Of a stretch of 64,000 nt of DNA, positions 38,265 to 52,400 are shown one piece after another; within the stretch, counting starts at the first letter, position 1, and every line of letters starts with the position of its first letter. The notes beneath the pieces were generated by a model that was given only the letters and a program-made list of their open reading frames with translations, made no database searches and was not told the origin of the DNA. The stretch is from Eledone cirrhosa (lineage: Eukaryota): positions 104,346,001 through 104,410,000 of the forward strand of contig OZ024741.1 of assembly GCA_964016885.1 (NCBI GenBank). The letters are read 5' to 3'. A program made the position numbers and the translations under genes.

Positions 38265-38535
38265 ATCATCATCATCATCACCGTTTTACGTCCGTTCTTC
38301 CACGCTAGCATGGGTTAGATGGGTTGTCCTGTTGTGGGCAGTGTCTGGTCGGCTGACCATGCCTTGCTCATACAGGAACTGATTTGGCTTGATTTCTACA
38401 GCTGGATGCCCTTCCTAACACCAACCTCATTTACAGTGAGTGCTGGGTGCTTTTTCGTGGCGCCTACACATCCACTTTACAGTGTGGGCTGGGTGCTTTT
38501 TTGCCGTGGCACCTCCACGACCACCTTGCGGTGGG
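38265..38535 (-). mobile_element. RTE-derived 3'-end/bipartite fragment
   Basis: (CAT)n, acgtccgttcttccacgctagcatggg, ggatgcccttcctaacacc. Confidence 0.8.
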
Positions 38536-38899
38536 GGCATATTGTCTATATGCATATTGTCTATATGTCACCACATTTTTCTTGAGAAACAAGAAACCAG
38601 TATTCCTCAGGCTCATTTTATGCATTAAGAGATGCATTTTACAGGGTCAATTCCCTCCATTCTCTGTTTATTTGTTCATATTGGTCTTCAAGCACAAGGT
38701 TGGAAAATTTCATTGCCAATGCCTGATCTATTTTGATTTACCTTCAATAACATTGATTGGGTCAAAAGCTTCTAATAGCTCTAAATTTGTAAACATAGCA
38801 TATAAGAAGCATTGCATCAGTTGTTTTGAAAGGTACACATAGAAACTCAATATCTTTATTTGAAATTCTTGTAACTTCTTTTGGGAAATGGCACCATGA

Positions 38900-39960
38900 T
38901 AAATATCTCCCTCCCTCCTACTCGTTCTCTACATTCATCAACCTTTTAACCCATTAGCATTTAAACCGGCCATATCAGGCCAGAATTCTTTCATTGCTTC
39001 CTGTTTAAACCATCCATAACCAGCTGCTCATACTTATGTTAAGGTATTGTTCTCAAAATAAATATCAAAATCTCGTAGATTCGATATTATGTGAATTAAG
39101 GTGTTTACCATGAAAATACAATAGTAAATATAGAGTAATGTAAATGCTAAAGGGTTAAAGTAGCATTTCAAGGCTTCTTTCCTTTGAGCACACTTTTCTC
39201 CAACAATATCCTGATTCACACTGACACTACCTTGCAATATGGAATACCTTGTCGTTCATCCTCACATCATAAGACATTGGCAAACCTCCTTCTTGTAGTT
39301 TCTTTGTGTGCTGTGTATGCTTGTCATCTAGTTTCTCTCTTAGCTACCAGGTACTGGTGTTTGCTACTCCCATTTTCTCGTTTTTTCCACGTCTATCTCT
39401 TGACTTTAATGGCTTTAACCATTGTGCTGTTCCAGCACCAAGTCACCCTCTGTTTGGATGGTATTTTGCTCCAACTACAATAGCTTGTCACATGTTTCTA
39501 ACTCGCCTCCCCTCTCATCAAAAATATCCACACTTTTCTGCTTAAGCAACTCCACAATTTCTACCTTTTAATGCAACTCCACAATTTCTACCTTTTAATG
39601 TACCCGAATTGTGAGTGGCTACCCATTAGGTATGTTACCTGACTGATGATTGTCATCTAGTATTCCTTCTTTGTACTTGGGAGGGAAGAAAGGTGTGTGA
39701 TTGCTTGATGAGAGTTGAGGGGTTCTCGCACTTGACCGCATGAGCTACCTCACTACTGTGTACAGGACTAACATGACTAGTGTTAGTCACCAATACTAGA
39801 GAGTTTGTCTGACCACACTCAAGTGTCCTCTTCACACTGTCTGTTTTTATTCAGAGTGACTGTTTTCCAAGATGGGCTGCCTACACTGTTGCTTATGGAG
39901 CCCATGTCTACCCTGTGCAGTCTCATTTCTTCAAAGTGACTACTCTGCTCGGCAAGATGC
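38900..39960 (-). mobile_element. Decayed, internally deleted RTE 5'/middle fragment
   Basis: QRVTWCWNS, DIVGEKC, LMNVENE; interrupted by a TTAA MITE. Confidence 0.7.
38950..39154. mobile_element. piggyBac-like MITE (copy 2)
   Basis: Perfect TTAA on both sides; cccattagcatt...aatgctaaaggg TIRs. Confidence 0.85.
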
Positions 39961-40417
39961 ATTTTTGTGGCCCACAAACCTTGTGTTTACCTAGTACATA
40001 TACAGATAGGAGGGTGCTGTCTACCCGATGCAGCCATTGAGTTCAAGAGGATGAGAGAAAGGTAGATACAGATACGAGGGTGGTGGAAATGGTGTGGGAT
40101 GGTAAGATTTGGTGTCAATCTTGCAGGTCACCAAACATGAAGTTCATGAAAAATTTTTGAATATATACTATAAGATTATGATCATTAATTGAGAGGAAGA
40201 GAGAGAGAGAGAGAAAAAAAATTAGAGATAAGAAACAAAAACAAAATACAACAAAAATCTTAGCTGCAGTGACTCTTCTTACAGGACACTAAGAAGTTTT
40301 GGTCAAGTTCGTGGTGAGAGAAGAGAGAACTGTTGGTAGACGGAGACGTTAAGAGAGGAGGGGGTAGATAGATAGATGGTAGGTCGTCAAGCATGAAAAA
40401 TTTATATCACCGTTTAA

Positions 40418-40635
40418 CCCTTAACATTTACATTACTCTGTTTACTATTATATTTTCACAGTAAACACATTACCTCACATAATTATCTCGCACATTATTG
40501 AATCTATAACATTTTGATATTGTCTATTTTGAGAACAATGCCTTAACATCGGTATGAGCAGCCGGTTACAACCGGTTTGAACAGAAAAAGGTATGAGAAT
40601 TCTGGCTGGATATGGCTGGTTTTAATGCTAAAGAG
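40418..40635. mobile_element. piggyBac-like MITE (copy 3, opposite orientation)
   Basis: TTAA|cccttaacattt...aatgctaaagag|TTAA; internal sequence is the reverse complement of copies 1 and 2. Confidence 0.8.
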
Positions 40636-40639
40636 TTAA

Positions 40640-41190
40640 TGTCATTTTTCCACACTTTCATGGATTAGATAAGTTATCCCATTGTGAGACAAGCCAGATA
40701 AGATAAACATGCTTTTGCTCATATAGAACTGATTTCTATGGCTGGATGCTCTTCCTTCCTAACACCAACCACATTTACAGTGTGTACCGGGTGCATTTTA
40801 TCGTGACACCTACACGACTACAGTGTGGACTGGACTTTTTGTTGTCACCTACACAACCACTGTACAGTGTGGACTGGGCACTTTTTTGTCATATCATCCA
40901 CACAACCACTTTACGGTGTTGTCTGGGTGCTGTTTGTTGTCACCATCATGATCACTTTAGTGTTAGCTGCGGATTTGGGTGTGGAGGTGGGTTGGAGAGG
41001 TAGATCTAGGGATGTGGGTGAGGGGTGGGGTGTTTGGGCATGGGTGGGATGTTAGGATATGGGAGGAGTGTTAGGACATGAAAGATGAGGGGAAGAGGGT
41101 ATATACTAGATGTATGCTTCAACCTGTGTTCATGGGAAGGCGAGTCTTCTGTATTAGTGCAGGTCCTAGCACAATCAATCGTCTCCAAGC
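40640..41190 (-). mobile_element. RTE long 3' UTR and last codons
   Basis: ggatgctcttccttcctaacacc, acagtgtggactgg repeats, gcgagtcttctgtatt. Confidence 0.7.
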
Positions 41191-41204
41191 AATACCAGCC
41201 AAAC

Positions 41205-41925
41205 GCATGGATGTTATCCAACCATCTTGCTTGGGTCTATTCTGGGTCCCCTGTCGGTTGGTTTAACCTGTAAAAATGATTCTTTCCTAAGATATTCTGA
41301 CATTCTAACCATATGTCCATAGTATTGGAGTTGTGATCTCTGAATCTGAGGAAGTAGCGACTCTACCTGAAGTGACTCTCTGAGCTATGCACTCTATCGA
41401 GTAATGTTACTCCAACGACTCTTTGTAGGAACCCTAGTGGCCTTGCCACATTTCAGCTCTTTAATTGCTCTGGTGACCTCAGCCTCTGAGAAATTAGTCA
41501 TCGCTCCCTGATGCACCCCATTTACATCAGAAGATACTGTTGTGATTGGGTTTAAGAGATCAGCAATGTATTCCCTCCACCTCACAAGGTTGCCCTCTCT
41601 GAAGAAAGAATTCCAGACACATTCCCGATAGCAGACATGGATGAAGACTTATTACGAAGTTGACGGATGGTCTGCCAGAACTTTTTTTGCTGATCTGAAG
41701 TTGGATTCCAGCTTAACTCTGAAGTCCTCCTATGTTTTAACGTTGCACACCTTTACTGTCTCTGTAACTTTTCATACCTGTTTGACTGTAAGTGCAAGAA
41801 AGAGGACTTATTTCCAAACCAAGCTCTATAAAGCCACCTGATGCCACACCAAGCTGCTTTTGCTCGCAGCATTTAACAGCTGAAGCAGAAACTGCTGAGC
41901 TGAACAATCTCCACTCCATTTCAAT
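41205..41925 (-). mobile_element. Fragments of a different RTE-group (Expander/Rex3-like) LINE
   Basis: MRWREYIADLLNP, EAEVTRAIKELKCGKA; related end fragment also at 63850-64000. Confidence 0.55.
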
Positions 41926-41959
41926 GGAGCTTATTCAGAGTGTTCTCTGATTTGGGGTG

Positions 41960-43315
41960 CAATATGAAAGTGACAGAAAGAGTTATAGCGCAGCTAATTA
42001 GGGAAAGAGACAAAATAGATGAGATGCAGTTTGGTTTCATGCCTGTGAAAAGTACTTCAGATGCCCCCTTGTTAGTGAGGCAACTACAAGACAAGTTCCT
42101 AGCCAAAAATAAACCACTATATTTAGCTTTTGTTGATCTAGAGAAGGCCTTTGACAGAGTACCTCAATCTATTATCTGGTGGTCCTTAAGGAAATTAGTT
42201 GTTGAAGAATGGCTTGTGAGAGCTGTGCAAGCTATGTACAATAAAGTGAGAGTAGGAAATGAGTTTGGTGAAGAATTCAAGTTACAGGTAGTTCATCAAG
42301 TTTCAGTTCTTAGCCCAATGCTGTTCATCATAGTTCTTCAGGCCATAACAGAAGTTTAAAACGGGCTACCCATGGGAAATTCTCTATGAAGATGATTTGG
42401 TCCTTATTGCTGAAATAAAAAAAGAGCTAGAAAATAAATTCTGATTATGGAAACTGAATTTGGAATCAAAAGGTGTGAGAGTAAACTTAGCCAAAAGTGA
42501 AGTGCTGGTGAGTAGGAGAGAAGATAGGACCCAGATTCCTCTAGGGAAGTGGCCATGCTCAATATGCAGTAAAAGAGCAGGCATAAACTCCATACAATGT
42601 ACACAATGTGAACCTTGGGTACACAAAAGATGTAATGGGATAACAAGTAGACTAACAAGAAGGGTTGTAGAATCGTGAGGAAGACTGTTAATGATACAAA
42701 CCTTTTCCAGTCTCTGAAAGGATCCATAGCTTCTGCTATCTAGGTGACCTAATTAACAGCGTAGGAGGGTGTGCCGAGAGTATAATGGCTAGAATATGAA
42801 TAGGTTGGAAGAAGTTTAGAGAACTGCTCCCTATGTACAAGAGGAACACTGTATGACGCCTGTGTGCAGTGCGTGATGCTGCATGGTAGTGAAACTTGGG
42901 CTGTGACTGCAGAGGACATGCGTAGAATGGAGAGAAATGAAGTAACCATGTTTCGTTAAATGTGCAATGTAAATGTGAGAGAAAAGCAGTTTGGACGAGC
43001 TGAGAAAGAAGCTGGGTTTAAGAGGAATCCGATATGGTATGCAGGAGAGAAGACTGTGTTGCTATGGACATGTGATGCGCAGGGAAAATGACCGATGGAT
43101 AAAGAAATGCCAGGAAATCCCAGTGGAAGGAAGCCGCAATAGAGGATGACCAAGAAAGACCTGGGTAGAGGTTGTAAGAGCAGGCTTCAAATCACTGACT
43201 GGCAGAGGAGATAACAAAAGAATGAGACATGTCAAGATATGCCGTACTGAGAAGGACTTGTACAACCCATGCAAGCATGGAAAAGCTGACGTAAAAATGA
43301 TGATGATGATAATGA
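41960..43315 (+). mobile_element. 5'-truncated RTE LINE (short-3'UTR type), decayed
   Basis: QFGF, FVDLEKAFDRVP, PWEILYEDD, PHD, HGSETW; ends gcaagcatggaaaagctgacgtaaaaatgatgatg. Confidence 0.92.
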
Positions 43316-44147
43316 TATATTTTAGATTAGTGTGAACCAGCTCAGATCATGTAATATCATTTAGGTTGTAAACCAATTTTGATTGAGGGTTTAGAATCCA
43401 AATACTTTAATACATACAGTGCCTTGGGGCAGGTTGTTATTAAGTGTATCTGGTGCCTTTGTGAGAGAGAGACTGAGTCTGCTATTTTTTACAAAAATTA
43501 TCAAACATGTGGCTGAATGATGTAATATCTATGGTATCTAAAGATCTTCCTAAATAAATAATACTTTGTATCTAACTTAGCCTTATTTACATTTCATGCT
43601 ATTCATACATACTTAGCATTCCTCTTACTCTCTTTTATCAGTATGACTATTTATTTTTGATATGCTTACTTTCATTTTCTCCACAAGAATTAGTTTGTTT
43701 TGGAAATTTAGATGTTTATTGGATTGGTAGTGTTAGCTGGGAGTGTGGTGGTGGGTGTTATTTTTATACAGATATATGTATAAATATATGTAGATAAATC
43801 TACCAAAAGTTTACGGTAGTGTCCAATCCGTATGAAGAACTCAATGTAATCCGGATATCATGGAAAGAAGAGATGCATTCAAAAATCACTTTCGGTGAAA
43901 GATAAACGTAATACAGAGTCAAGATAAAATATTAAAAAAATAATGAATAAAACAAAGAAACAGTTCCTTATATTAAACAAAAAAAGTTCATTATTTTACG
44001 ATCGTTTCTAGGACATATATGTGTTAGAATTGGCATGCATATTCAAAAGATCTATGTACAAAATTATACAAACTATCAAGGAGAATATACATACCATCAC
44101 ATATATATGCTGTCTGCAGAAATAAATCTGTATAAATATATATACAG

Positions 44148-45833
44148 TAGGGTGTTTCATATTTGAGGAAAATTTTTTTGTTGGAATCATCTCATGTCAA
44201 TTGTGCCTTGAATCCATTTCACATAAAAGCTACACAGGCAAAAATAAAAGATAGGGATTTAGGGGTTACAGTTTGGTGCTTTTTGAATTTGTTTTCTTCT
44301 TGCTCGATGAGGCCAGGGTCATCTTAAGCCAGCGATCCCAAAGCATCGCTGCAGCTTTTTTAATATTATGCCAAAAAAATGAAAAAAATTTACTTTAACA
44401 ATTGTTGATTGTAGCCAGGTTCCTCTATACCGCCACCACCGACTACACTGCACCCGCTGCCACCCCACATATTATACCACCACCACCAGCACTCCTATTA
44501 TAACACAACCACTGCCAATACTATTATTACTCCACCACCATCACCACTAAAACCACTACAAGTGCTCTTGTGTTTTCTGTACCATCATGTTGAACTCTGG
44601 GAGACATTCAGTTGCCATAACAAATACTAACCAGAAGATTCAGGAAGTGTGGATAAAAGCAAACATCCCTACCAAAATGGGAAAACCCACCCACACTTCA
44701 ATCGAGAAATTGTATAAGGAGTATCAAGGACGGATATAAGAAAAATCAAGGATGACTGACAAAGCAATTGCAAAGCATGAGATTTGGAAAGGTGATCTCC
44801 TGAAATTTTTGATATTGCAAGCCAAGATGTTTTTGAACAAAAGAATATCGCATCTGAAGACAAAGCTTTCCTTGAGACAGCGAAAAGATAGGATCTCTTC
44901 ATTCATGGCTGGTGTTGATGCAGAACATAAGAGAGCCATTCAGAAGATGGTAATGAAGATTCAAGATAGAAAAATAAAAAAGAGAAAGCTGGATGAAGAA
45001 GTCGAGATATTTGAGAAAGTAGCTCTTGAAAGTTCATCCAGCATCAGTTATTAGTGATGATGATGCTGAAATCTTCAAGTCAGTACCACCCTAAAAATCA
45101 TCGTGATTAAAGCCAACTTTCAATGCCACTCTTGTTGTCTTGCGGGAATGGGAGAAACTATCGGTACGACAAGCAAGTACTTCTTACATAGAAATTGCGA
45201 AGAATCTTGGTCATGATGTGTTTGAACTCTCGATTTCCCTCTCAACTGTTTATGGAGCAAGAACCGATCAGGGAAAAGATGGCTCAGGCAATTAAGTTAT
45301 CTGTTTTCCCACCTGAAGACAGGTCCTAGCAAGTCCTCCATAGGGATGGAAAATTATTACCATCAGTTTCCCAATCCAGCACACTCGAAGATTGGATTGC
45401 TGTTTTAGTTACAGGAAAAAGAAAGGAGCTCTTAGTTGATCCAATTGCAAGAGATGGAACCAGACAACAAGCTGCTGAAGTCGTTTACAAGGAAATTCAA
45501 CGACTTGAAATTAGGGATAGAATAATTGTATGTCCTTCAACACCACTGCCAGTAACACTGACATGCACCAAGGAGCCAATACAAAAATTGAAGCAGCCCT
45601 AAAAAAATCCATCTTGTGCCATCACATTCTTGAACTGGTTTTGAAGAAAATCTTTGGGATATTTTACTCATCATCTGGTCCCGGTATTCCACTGTTCAAA
45701 ATGTTCCAGGAACATTGGGACTCCATAGATAAGTCCCATTATCAAACTATCCTGGACGAGATTTTTACAAGCTAAAGAGGGAGGAGATGGTTGAATATCT
45801 ACTGACTGTACTCCTTTCTGGAGATCGCCCCTA
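44148..45833 (+). mobile_element. Decayed DNA transposon, probably hAT superfamily (hATm-like)
   Basis: Starts TAGGGTG; fragments QEVWIKANIP, SFMAGVD, RDGKLLP, MSFNTTASNT..QGA, CHHILELVL, SSGPGIPLFKMFQEHW. Confidence 0.6.
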
Positions 45834-46099
45834 GAAGGTAGATACAATGTAGATAAAATAAGAGAAAGAATAAATAGATAAATAAATACTCATCTATAAT
45901 TTGATGTAAAAATAAAAAATATATGAAGAATATAAGGAGTAAAAAGTAAGAGAATATTTAAAAAAATTTAAAGAAAAGGAAAAAAACTATCCATTGTCCT
46001 AATTGAATCTGTGGAATTATGTATTTCAATTTCAGTAATAATTACGTAAGTGTCCAGTGCAATAATTGTGTATATTTTTAGAATTATGGAAATATACAA

Positions 46100-46735
46100 G
46101 AGTATTATTGTGCCAACCAGTCTGCACGTGATGTCCTGGTAACCTCAAGACCTCTTCCCAAGTAGCCCTGGATTTCAGTGACCACAACACTTTTAATCTC
46201 CCAAGCTAACCTGTCATATCTATCAATTTTTTTTTCCTTTATCATATACCTTATCAACTGGACAGGCTATATCTATGATCCAACACTGTTTGTTTTCTTT
46301 CTCAATTAATACAATATCTGGTCTACTATGTTCAATCTCATTGTCACACTGTATCACAAAGTACCACAGGATCTTTGCATCATCATTTTTGATAATACCC
46401 TCAGGGTTATGTTCATACCATTTTTCTGCTGTCAAATGTATATTTGCCACAAAGTGCCCAATGGACTATCCTTGCTATGTTGTGACATCTCTTTTATTTT
46501 TTTCTGAGCTAGTGGTGTGCATTGACTGGTAATATGACATAGTTTCTCCATTCATGCCACAAATTCTACACTTATCACTTTCTGCTGTGTAGTCTACTCT
46601 GTTTGATGTAGTTAGCTCTTAATGCTTGTTCTTAAGCAACACAGATAAGGCTTCTGTTTCCGGTTTTAGATCACTTTTAACCATCCATAAATACCTTTTT
46701 TCTCTGTCTGAGCTATCTTCAACATCTCTATGGAA
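46100..46735 (-). mobile_element. R4/Dong-like LINE 3' fragment (CCHC knuckle + RLE)
   Basis: CRICGMNGET, WYEHNP, ILWYFVIQCD..IEHSRPDIVL, IIDIACP. Confidence 0.85.
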
Positions 46736-46737
46736 TT

Positions 46738-47015
46738 CATCATCATTGTTTAACATCTGTCTTCCACGCTAGCATGGGTTTAGACGGGAATTGTCCCACG
46801 TGAGGCAAGATTGGTTGTCTTGCTCGTATAGGACTGTCTGGCAGGTTTTCTACGGCTGGATGCTCTTCCTAACACCAACCACGTTTACAGCGTTTACGGC
46901 CACATTACAGCGTGGACTGTGTTTTTTTTTGTTGTGACACCTACACGACCTCATTTATTTAGGACTGGATGTTGTGGTACCAACATAACTTTACAGAGAA
47001 AGGGGTGGGGGTGTA
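46738..47015 (-). mobile_element. RTE long 3' UTR fragment
   Basis: Matches 22771-23080. Confidence 0.85.
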
Positions 47016-47189
47016 TTTTTGGTTTGGAGGTGAATTGTCCATACATTCTTTTTTCTGTCTATCTATTTTGTTTCATCCATCTTCAAATGCTTGTACTGTG
47101 TTTTTCTTTACAATCTTCTATTTTGCACATCCCTGACCTTACTTGCAGCGACAGCGGTTCTGAGGAATTTTTTCTGCTGTTGTTCATGA

Positions 47190-47402
47190 CGGCGGTGGGT
47201 TGGCAGTATCGGTAGAGCGCCGGACACCTTGCTTGGCAGCATAGTTAAGAGTTCTGAGTTCAAATTCCGCCGAGGTTAGCTTTGCCTTTCATCTTTGCTG
47301 GGTCGATAAAATAAAATGCCAGTAATGCACTGGGGTTGATTTAATCGACTTTCCCATCCCCCAAAATTGCTGGCCTTGTGTCCAAAGTAGAAACAATTAT
47401 TA
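47190..47402 (+). mobile_element. SINE family A, full length
   Basis: ggcggtgggttggcagtatcggtagagc...ctgagttcaaattccgccgagg...aaagtagaaacaatta. Confidence 0.9.
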
Positions 47403-47599
47403 TATATACATACAAAAACACTACACTCCTCACCAACAAAGAGTGAAAAATAAAATAGAAACAATGTTTGGAGACAGTACAACTAGAACTCTTCAATATA
47501 ATCTGATGACCCTCAAACAAGTATTGAGAGCTGTCAGCGAGAAAGTTTGATACCAGGAGAAGGTGGTTGAAAGAAAAAGAATGAAAAAATTCAGACAAA

Positions 47600-49490
47600 A
47601 CTAAACATCAGTCTATAGAGATATGAAGGGCAAAGTAATAAATGTCACTGAGGCCCCACCCCAGAAGGACATAGATTCTGGAGAAAAATATGGGGTGAAA
47701 AGAAGAAATTCAACAAAGATGCAGTGTGGCTTAAAGAAATTCAGAACTACTGCCCCTGCACTACAACAAAAATATACAGAATAAATGATAATGCCTTTGA
47801 GACTATGATAGGAAAACTCCAAGATAAGAAAACATCAGGAAGAGACTTGATTGTCGGTTACTGGTATAAAAAACTGACATTCTATCGGATGTATTTTACC
47901 AATCTCTACCAGCACACTCTCAAGGGAGATGCACATATACCTGTCTGGATGAGATTAACACAAACAATATTGGTCCCCAAGAATAAAGACACCCACTTGG
48001 AAAAAAAACTACCGATCCATTGCATGCCAGAACCTAATATATAAAATGTATACAGCCTGCCTGAACCTATTTCTCCAAGATCACTGTTACAGTAATAACA
48101 TCATCACAGATGAGCAAGCAGTTGGGAAGAAAAGAGTTTTGGGGTGTGTTGAACAACTCCTAATTAAAAAAACTGCGATGTCAGAGGTGCGGCAACTTGG
48201 GAGGAATATGACGACAGTCTGGTTGAACTACAAGAAAGTATTTGATTTTGTTCCCCACTCTTGGGTGATAGAAGCCCACCAACTTGCTAAAGTCCCAGAT
48301 GCTATTATCAGAGCCATAGAGAAGCCGTCTTCTTCTTGGGCTACTGTCCTAAAGTTAAAAACAGAGGAGACAATCTCTCTGTGCTACTATTTATTCTGTC
48401 ATTAAACCCATTGTCCTTTCTGCTCAAGTAATGTGAAGGATACATAATTGGCTTACAGGAGGACAGAAATATGGACCTAACCCATAATTTCTTTGTGGAT
48501 GACCTGAAACTATACCAAGAACATAAATGGGATGAAGAAAAATCTTGACCTGGTTACAATGTTCTCAAAGGATATAGGAATGGAGTTTGGCCAGAATAAA
48601 TGTTCATATTTGATTGTAAAGCAGGGAAAAACTACAAGCCAATCTAACATTTTTATCAATGGTCTAACTGTTTCACCGATATCTAATGAGGACTGCTACA
48701 GATACCTAAGGTTAGATGAAAATATATCCTATGTTGGTATCTATAACAAGGAATGTGTAACCAGGGAATATTACACCTGATTAAGAAAACTATGGTCAAC
48801 AGAAATCTCTGTGCGCAATAAAACTGGCTCATAAATATGTTTGCTGTGCCTGTCCTAACACCAATGTTTGGAATATTTGATTGTATGATTTGATGATTGA
48901 TGTTAAAACTCCGAAATTCCTAAACATCAATTCAGACAGCATTTGAGTGTCGCATCATATCCCTCTAACAACATCTGCGAATCTCCAAGCATAAAAACCC
49001 ATCTATTGAACAAGTCTATCTACATGAAAAAGATAAGATCATGAGAGTTGGGAAGGAGCACCTTGAGAAATACTCCATGGATGAAAAACAACATACTTAG
49101 CAAAAAAACAAAAAGACATGCATGGATATGTTGTCAGGAGACTCCAAAGTGAGAGTAATATAGATAAGCAAAGTAGTCTATCTTGGACCAACAACCACTA
49201 TATTGGCTCTTACTTTGAAGGATACGCTTTGGCAATCCAAGAGCAGGAAGCCAGTACAGAATACCTGATTCACAAGAGATAGGGATGTAGGCAAAATACC
49301 TAGTTGTGACAACAAATGCAGACTCAGCAGAATTACATCAAAGATGTCACCCATGTCATAAGCAACTGTCCAAAGATGTCATCATGGCACTATCTACCTA
49401 TGAGGCATGGTGTAGTGGCCAAAACACTATACAATGCAATCCGTAGAAAAGATAACCACCGACAATAAACATATTAAAGGTTACTGTGGA
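47600..49490 (+). mobile_element. R4-like RLE LINE, decayed RT to CCHC region; continues at 53100-53490
   Basis: TSGRDLIVGYWYKKL, GCVEQLLI, WLNYKKVFDFVPHSW, FFVDDLKLY, FGQNKC, AIQEQE, THVISNC..RHGVVAK. Confidence 0.85.
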
Positions 49491-49495
49491 AGACA

Positions 49496-52400
49496 TCATC
49501 ATCATTTTACGTCCGCTTTTCCCTGCTTGCAAGGGTTGGACGGGTCCTATTCAGCACAGCATCTCTCCACTTGTAACGGTCCTTCGTCATCTCCTCGGTG
49601 ACTTTCTGAGGTCTGCTCTCACCACCTCCGCCCATGTTTTTCGTGGTCTAACTCTACTGCATCTTCCTTCTACTGGGATTTCTTGGCACTTCTTTACCCA
49701 GCGGTCATCCTCCATGGGCATCACATGTCCATACTATCTCAGTCTTTTCTCCTGCACACCACAACTTATCTCTCTTATACCCAGTTTCTTTCTCAACTCG
49801 TCTATGCTTGGTCGTTCACGCGCATTGGCAGTGCACATCTAACGGAGCATACTTGCTTCATTTCTCTCCAGCCGTCGCATATCTTTTGCAGTTGCTGCCT
49901 ATGTCTGACTACCATGTAGCATCGCGCATCTCACACAGGCATCATATAACCGTCCTTTCATACGCAGGGAGAAACCCTTCTTTGTCAAGAGGAAGCAGCT
50001 CCCTAAACTTCTTCCAACCCATCTTTCTTCTAGATACTATGGCTTAGGAACACCCCCCTCCCATGTTAATCTGATCACCTAGGTACTGGAAGCTATCAAC
50101 TACTTCTATAGAACCCTCCTGCATTGGAAAAATGTGTCTGTCACTGCGATTACTACTGCCAATTTTTCCTGTACATCTGCATACATAGTTTTCCCTACCT
50201 GTTAGTTTTCCTGCTATCCCACTACATCTGTTGTGTACCCAAGATCTGCATTGCGTACATTTTATGGAATTTATGCCAGTTCCTTTCCTACATATCGAAC
50301 ATGACCATTTCCCCGATGGAATCAGAGTATTGTCCTCTCTTGATCACCACCATAGAGAAGTTCCCATGGGCAGCCAGTCTTAAACTCCTCTGTTACGGCT
50401 TGGAGGACTATAATGAACAAGAGCGGGCTGAGGACCAAACCCTGATGTACACCTACTTGTATCTGGAATTCCTCACTAAACTCCATTCCTATTCTCACTT
50501 TACTGACAGCACCCCTGTACATAGCTTGCACTGTCCTCACAAGCCATTCCTCTACACCCAGTTTCCTTAGGGACCACCAGATGACAGATCTGGGTACCCT
50601 ATCAAAGGCCTTCTCTAAGTCAACAAAAGCTAAGAACCTCTCTTGTAGTTGCCTCACTAAGAAGAGGGCATCTGTTGTACTTTTCCAAGGCATAAAACCA
50701 AACTGCATCTCATCTAATTTGACCCTTTCTCTAATCATTTGCGCTAATATTCTCTCTGCCACTTTCATAACCTGATCCATCAGCTTTATGCCCCTATAAT
50801 TGCTCCTCTCTAGAGCATCCCCATTACCTTTGTAGCAATTTATGAGAATACTGCTGCACCAGTCTTTGGGTATGACACTGCCATATATAGCTTGATTAAT
50901 GATGCGTGCAACTAGTTTAGTGCCTACTTCTCCTGATGCCTTCAGCATCTTAGCAACTATCCCCGACGGTCCAGCAGCCTTACCATTCTTCATTTCCTTA
51001 ATTGCTTCTTGTACCCTATATTCGTCAATCTCAATAGCTGGTCCCTCTGTTGGGTCTACTGGGGGTAATTTCTCTCTGTCCCATTCGTTCTCCACATTCA
51101 TCAGTCTCATAATATTTCCAGGCCTCCTTTTTGGATCATTCGTGACACTAAGTACACCAGCATCATTCCGGACACACTTATCTCCAACAACATCCTGATT
51201 TGTACTGACACACTGCCTTGCAATGCGGAACACCGCACGTCTCTGATCTTCCCGTCGCAGACATTGGCAAATCTCCTACTCTCAGCCTCCCTGCGTGCTA
51301 AGTACACCTGACGTCTAGCTTCTTTCTTAGCAGCTGTGTATCCTTCTCTACTCCCACCGTTTTTCCAAGCTTTCCATGCCAGTCTTTTGTCTCTAATGGC
51401 CCTATCTACTGTGCTGTTCCACGACCAGGTCACTCTCTGTCTGGTTGAAGCTCTGCCCCAACCAGAAGTTTCTTCAGTAGCCTGCAGTAAGTTGTCACGC
51501 AAGAAATTCCAGTTATCATCTATGTCATACAACTCTAAATCGGCTTCCTTTTCATCATACACATCTTGAAGGGCTTTGCTAAATTTATATTTTAATGAAA
51601 GGTCTTTTAGCTTCCAGACCTTTCTTTTCCACACCTTCCTGTATGTCTCATTCTTTCTCTTGCTTACTGAGATGTCACTAACGACTAACCTATGCTGTGG
51701 GGTACATTCTTCCCCGGGGTATGCCTTAGTATTTGACACCATCTGTCTGTCTCACTGTCTAACTAGCAGGAAGTCAATCTGGCTTATGTACTCGCCTGGT
51801 TTGTAGATTATTAAGTAGTTGGTAGGCTTCTGGAAGTGTTGCAAATGGTTAGTGCATTTGCATCACAAAATTCAAGAAGCCTCAGAGATGATTGTCAGTA
51901 GTCTCTTGCCTACAACTAATCTAAGCTTAATTATTCTATCACTAACTCTAACTACCTCTATTGTCTTATTGATCCACCTCTCAGACAGTAATATGCCCAC
52001 CCCATCTAACCCATCATCATTACGCACCCAGAAAAGCTTATAACTATGATGTTTGCTTGCGATTAGTCTTGCAGAGGCACCTCTCCAGCTCACCTCTTGC
52101 ACACACAACACATCCACATGCCTTCTCTCCAGCATCTCAGCTATCTCACCAGATCTACCTGTTAGAATGCCAACATTAAGTGTGGAAACTCTGAGATGCG
52201 ACGTCTCGTTCTTTTTCCTGTTGTGCAATTGCTTGATGACGGTCGTGGGGTTCTCACATATGGCCTCACTAGCCACCCCACTACCGTGCGCAGTCCTAAC
52301 ATGGTTAGCGTTATTGCTGTTTATGCAGTTGTTTTTGTGTGATTGCTTGATGACGGTCAGGGGGTTCTCGTACATGGCCGCACCAGCCACCCCACTACCG

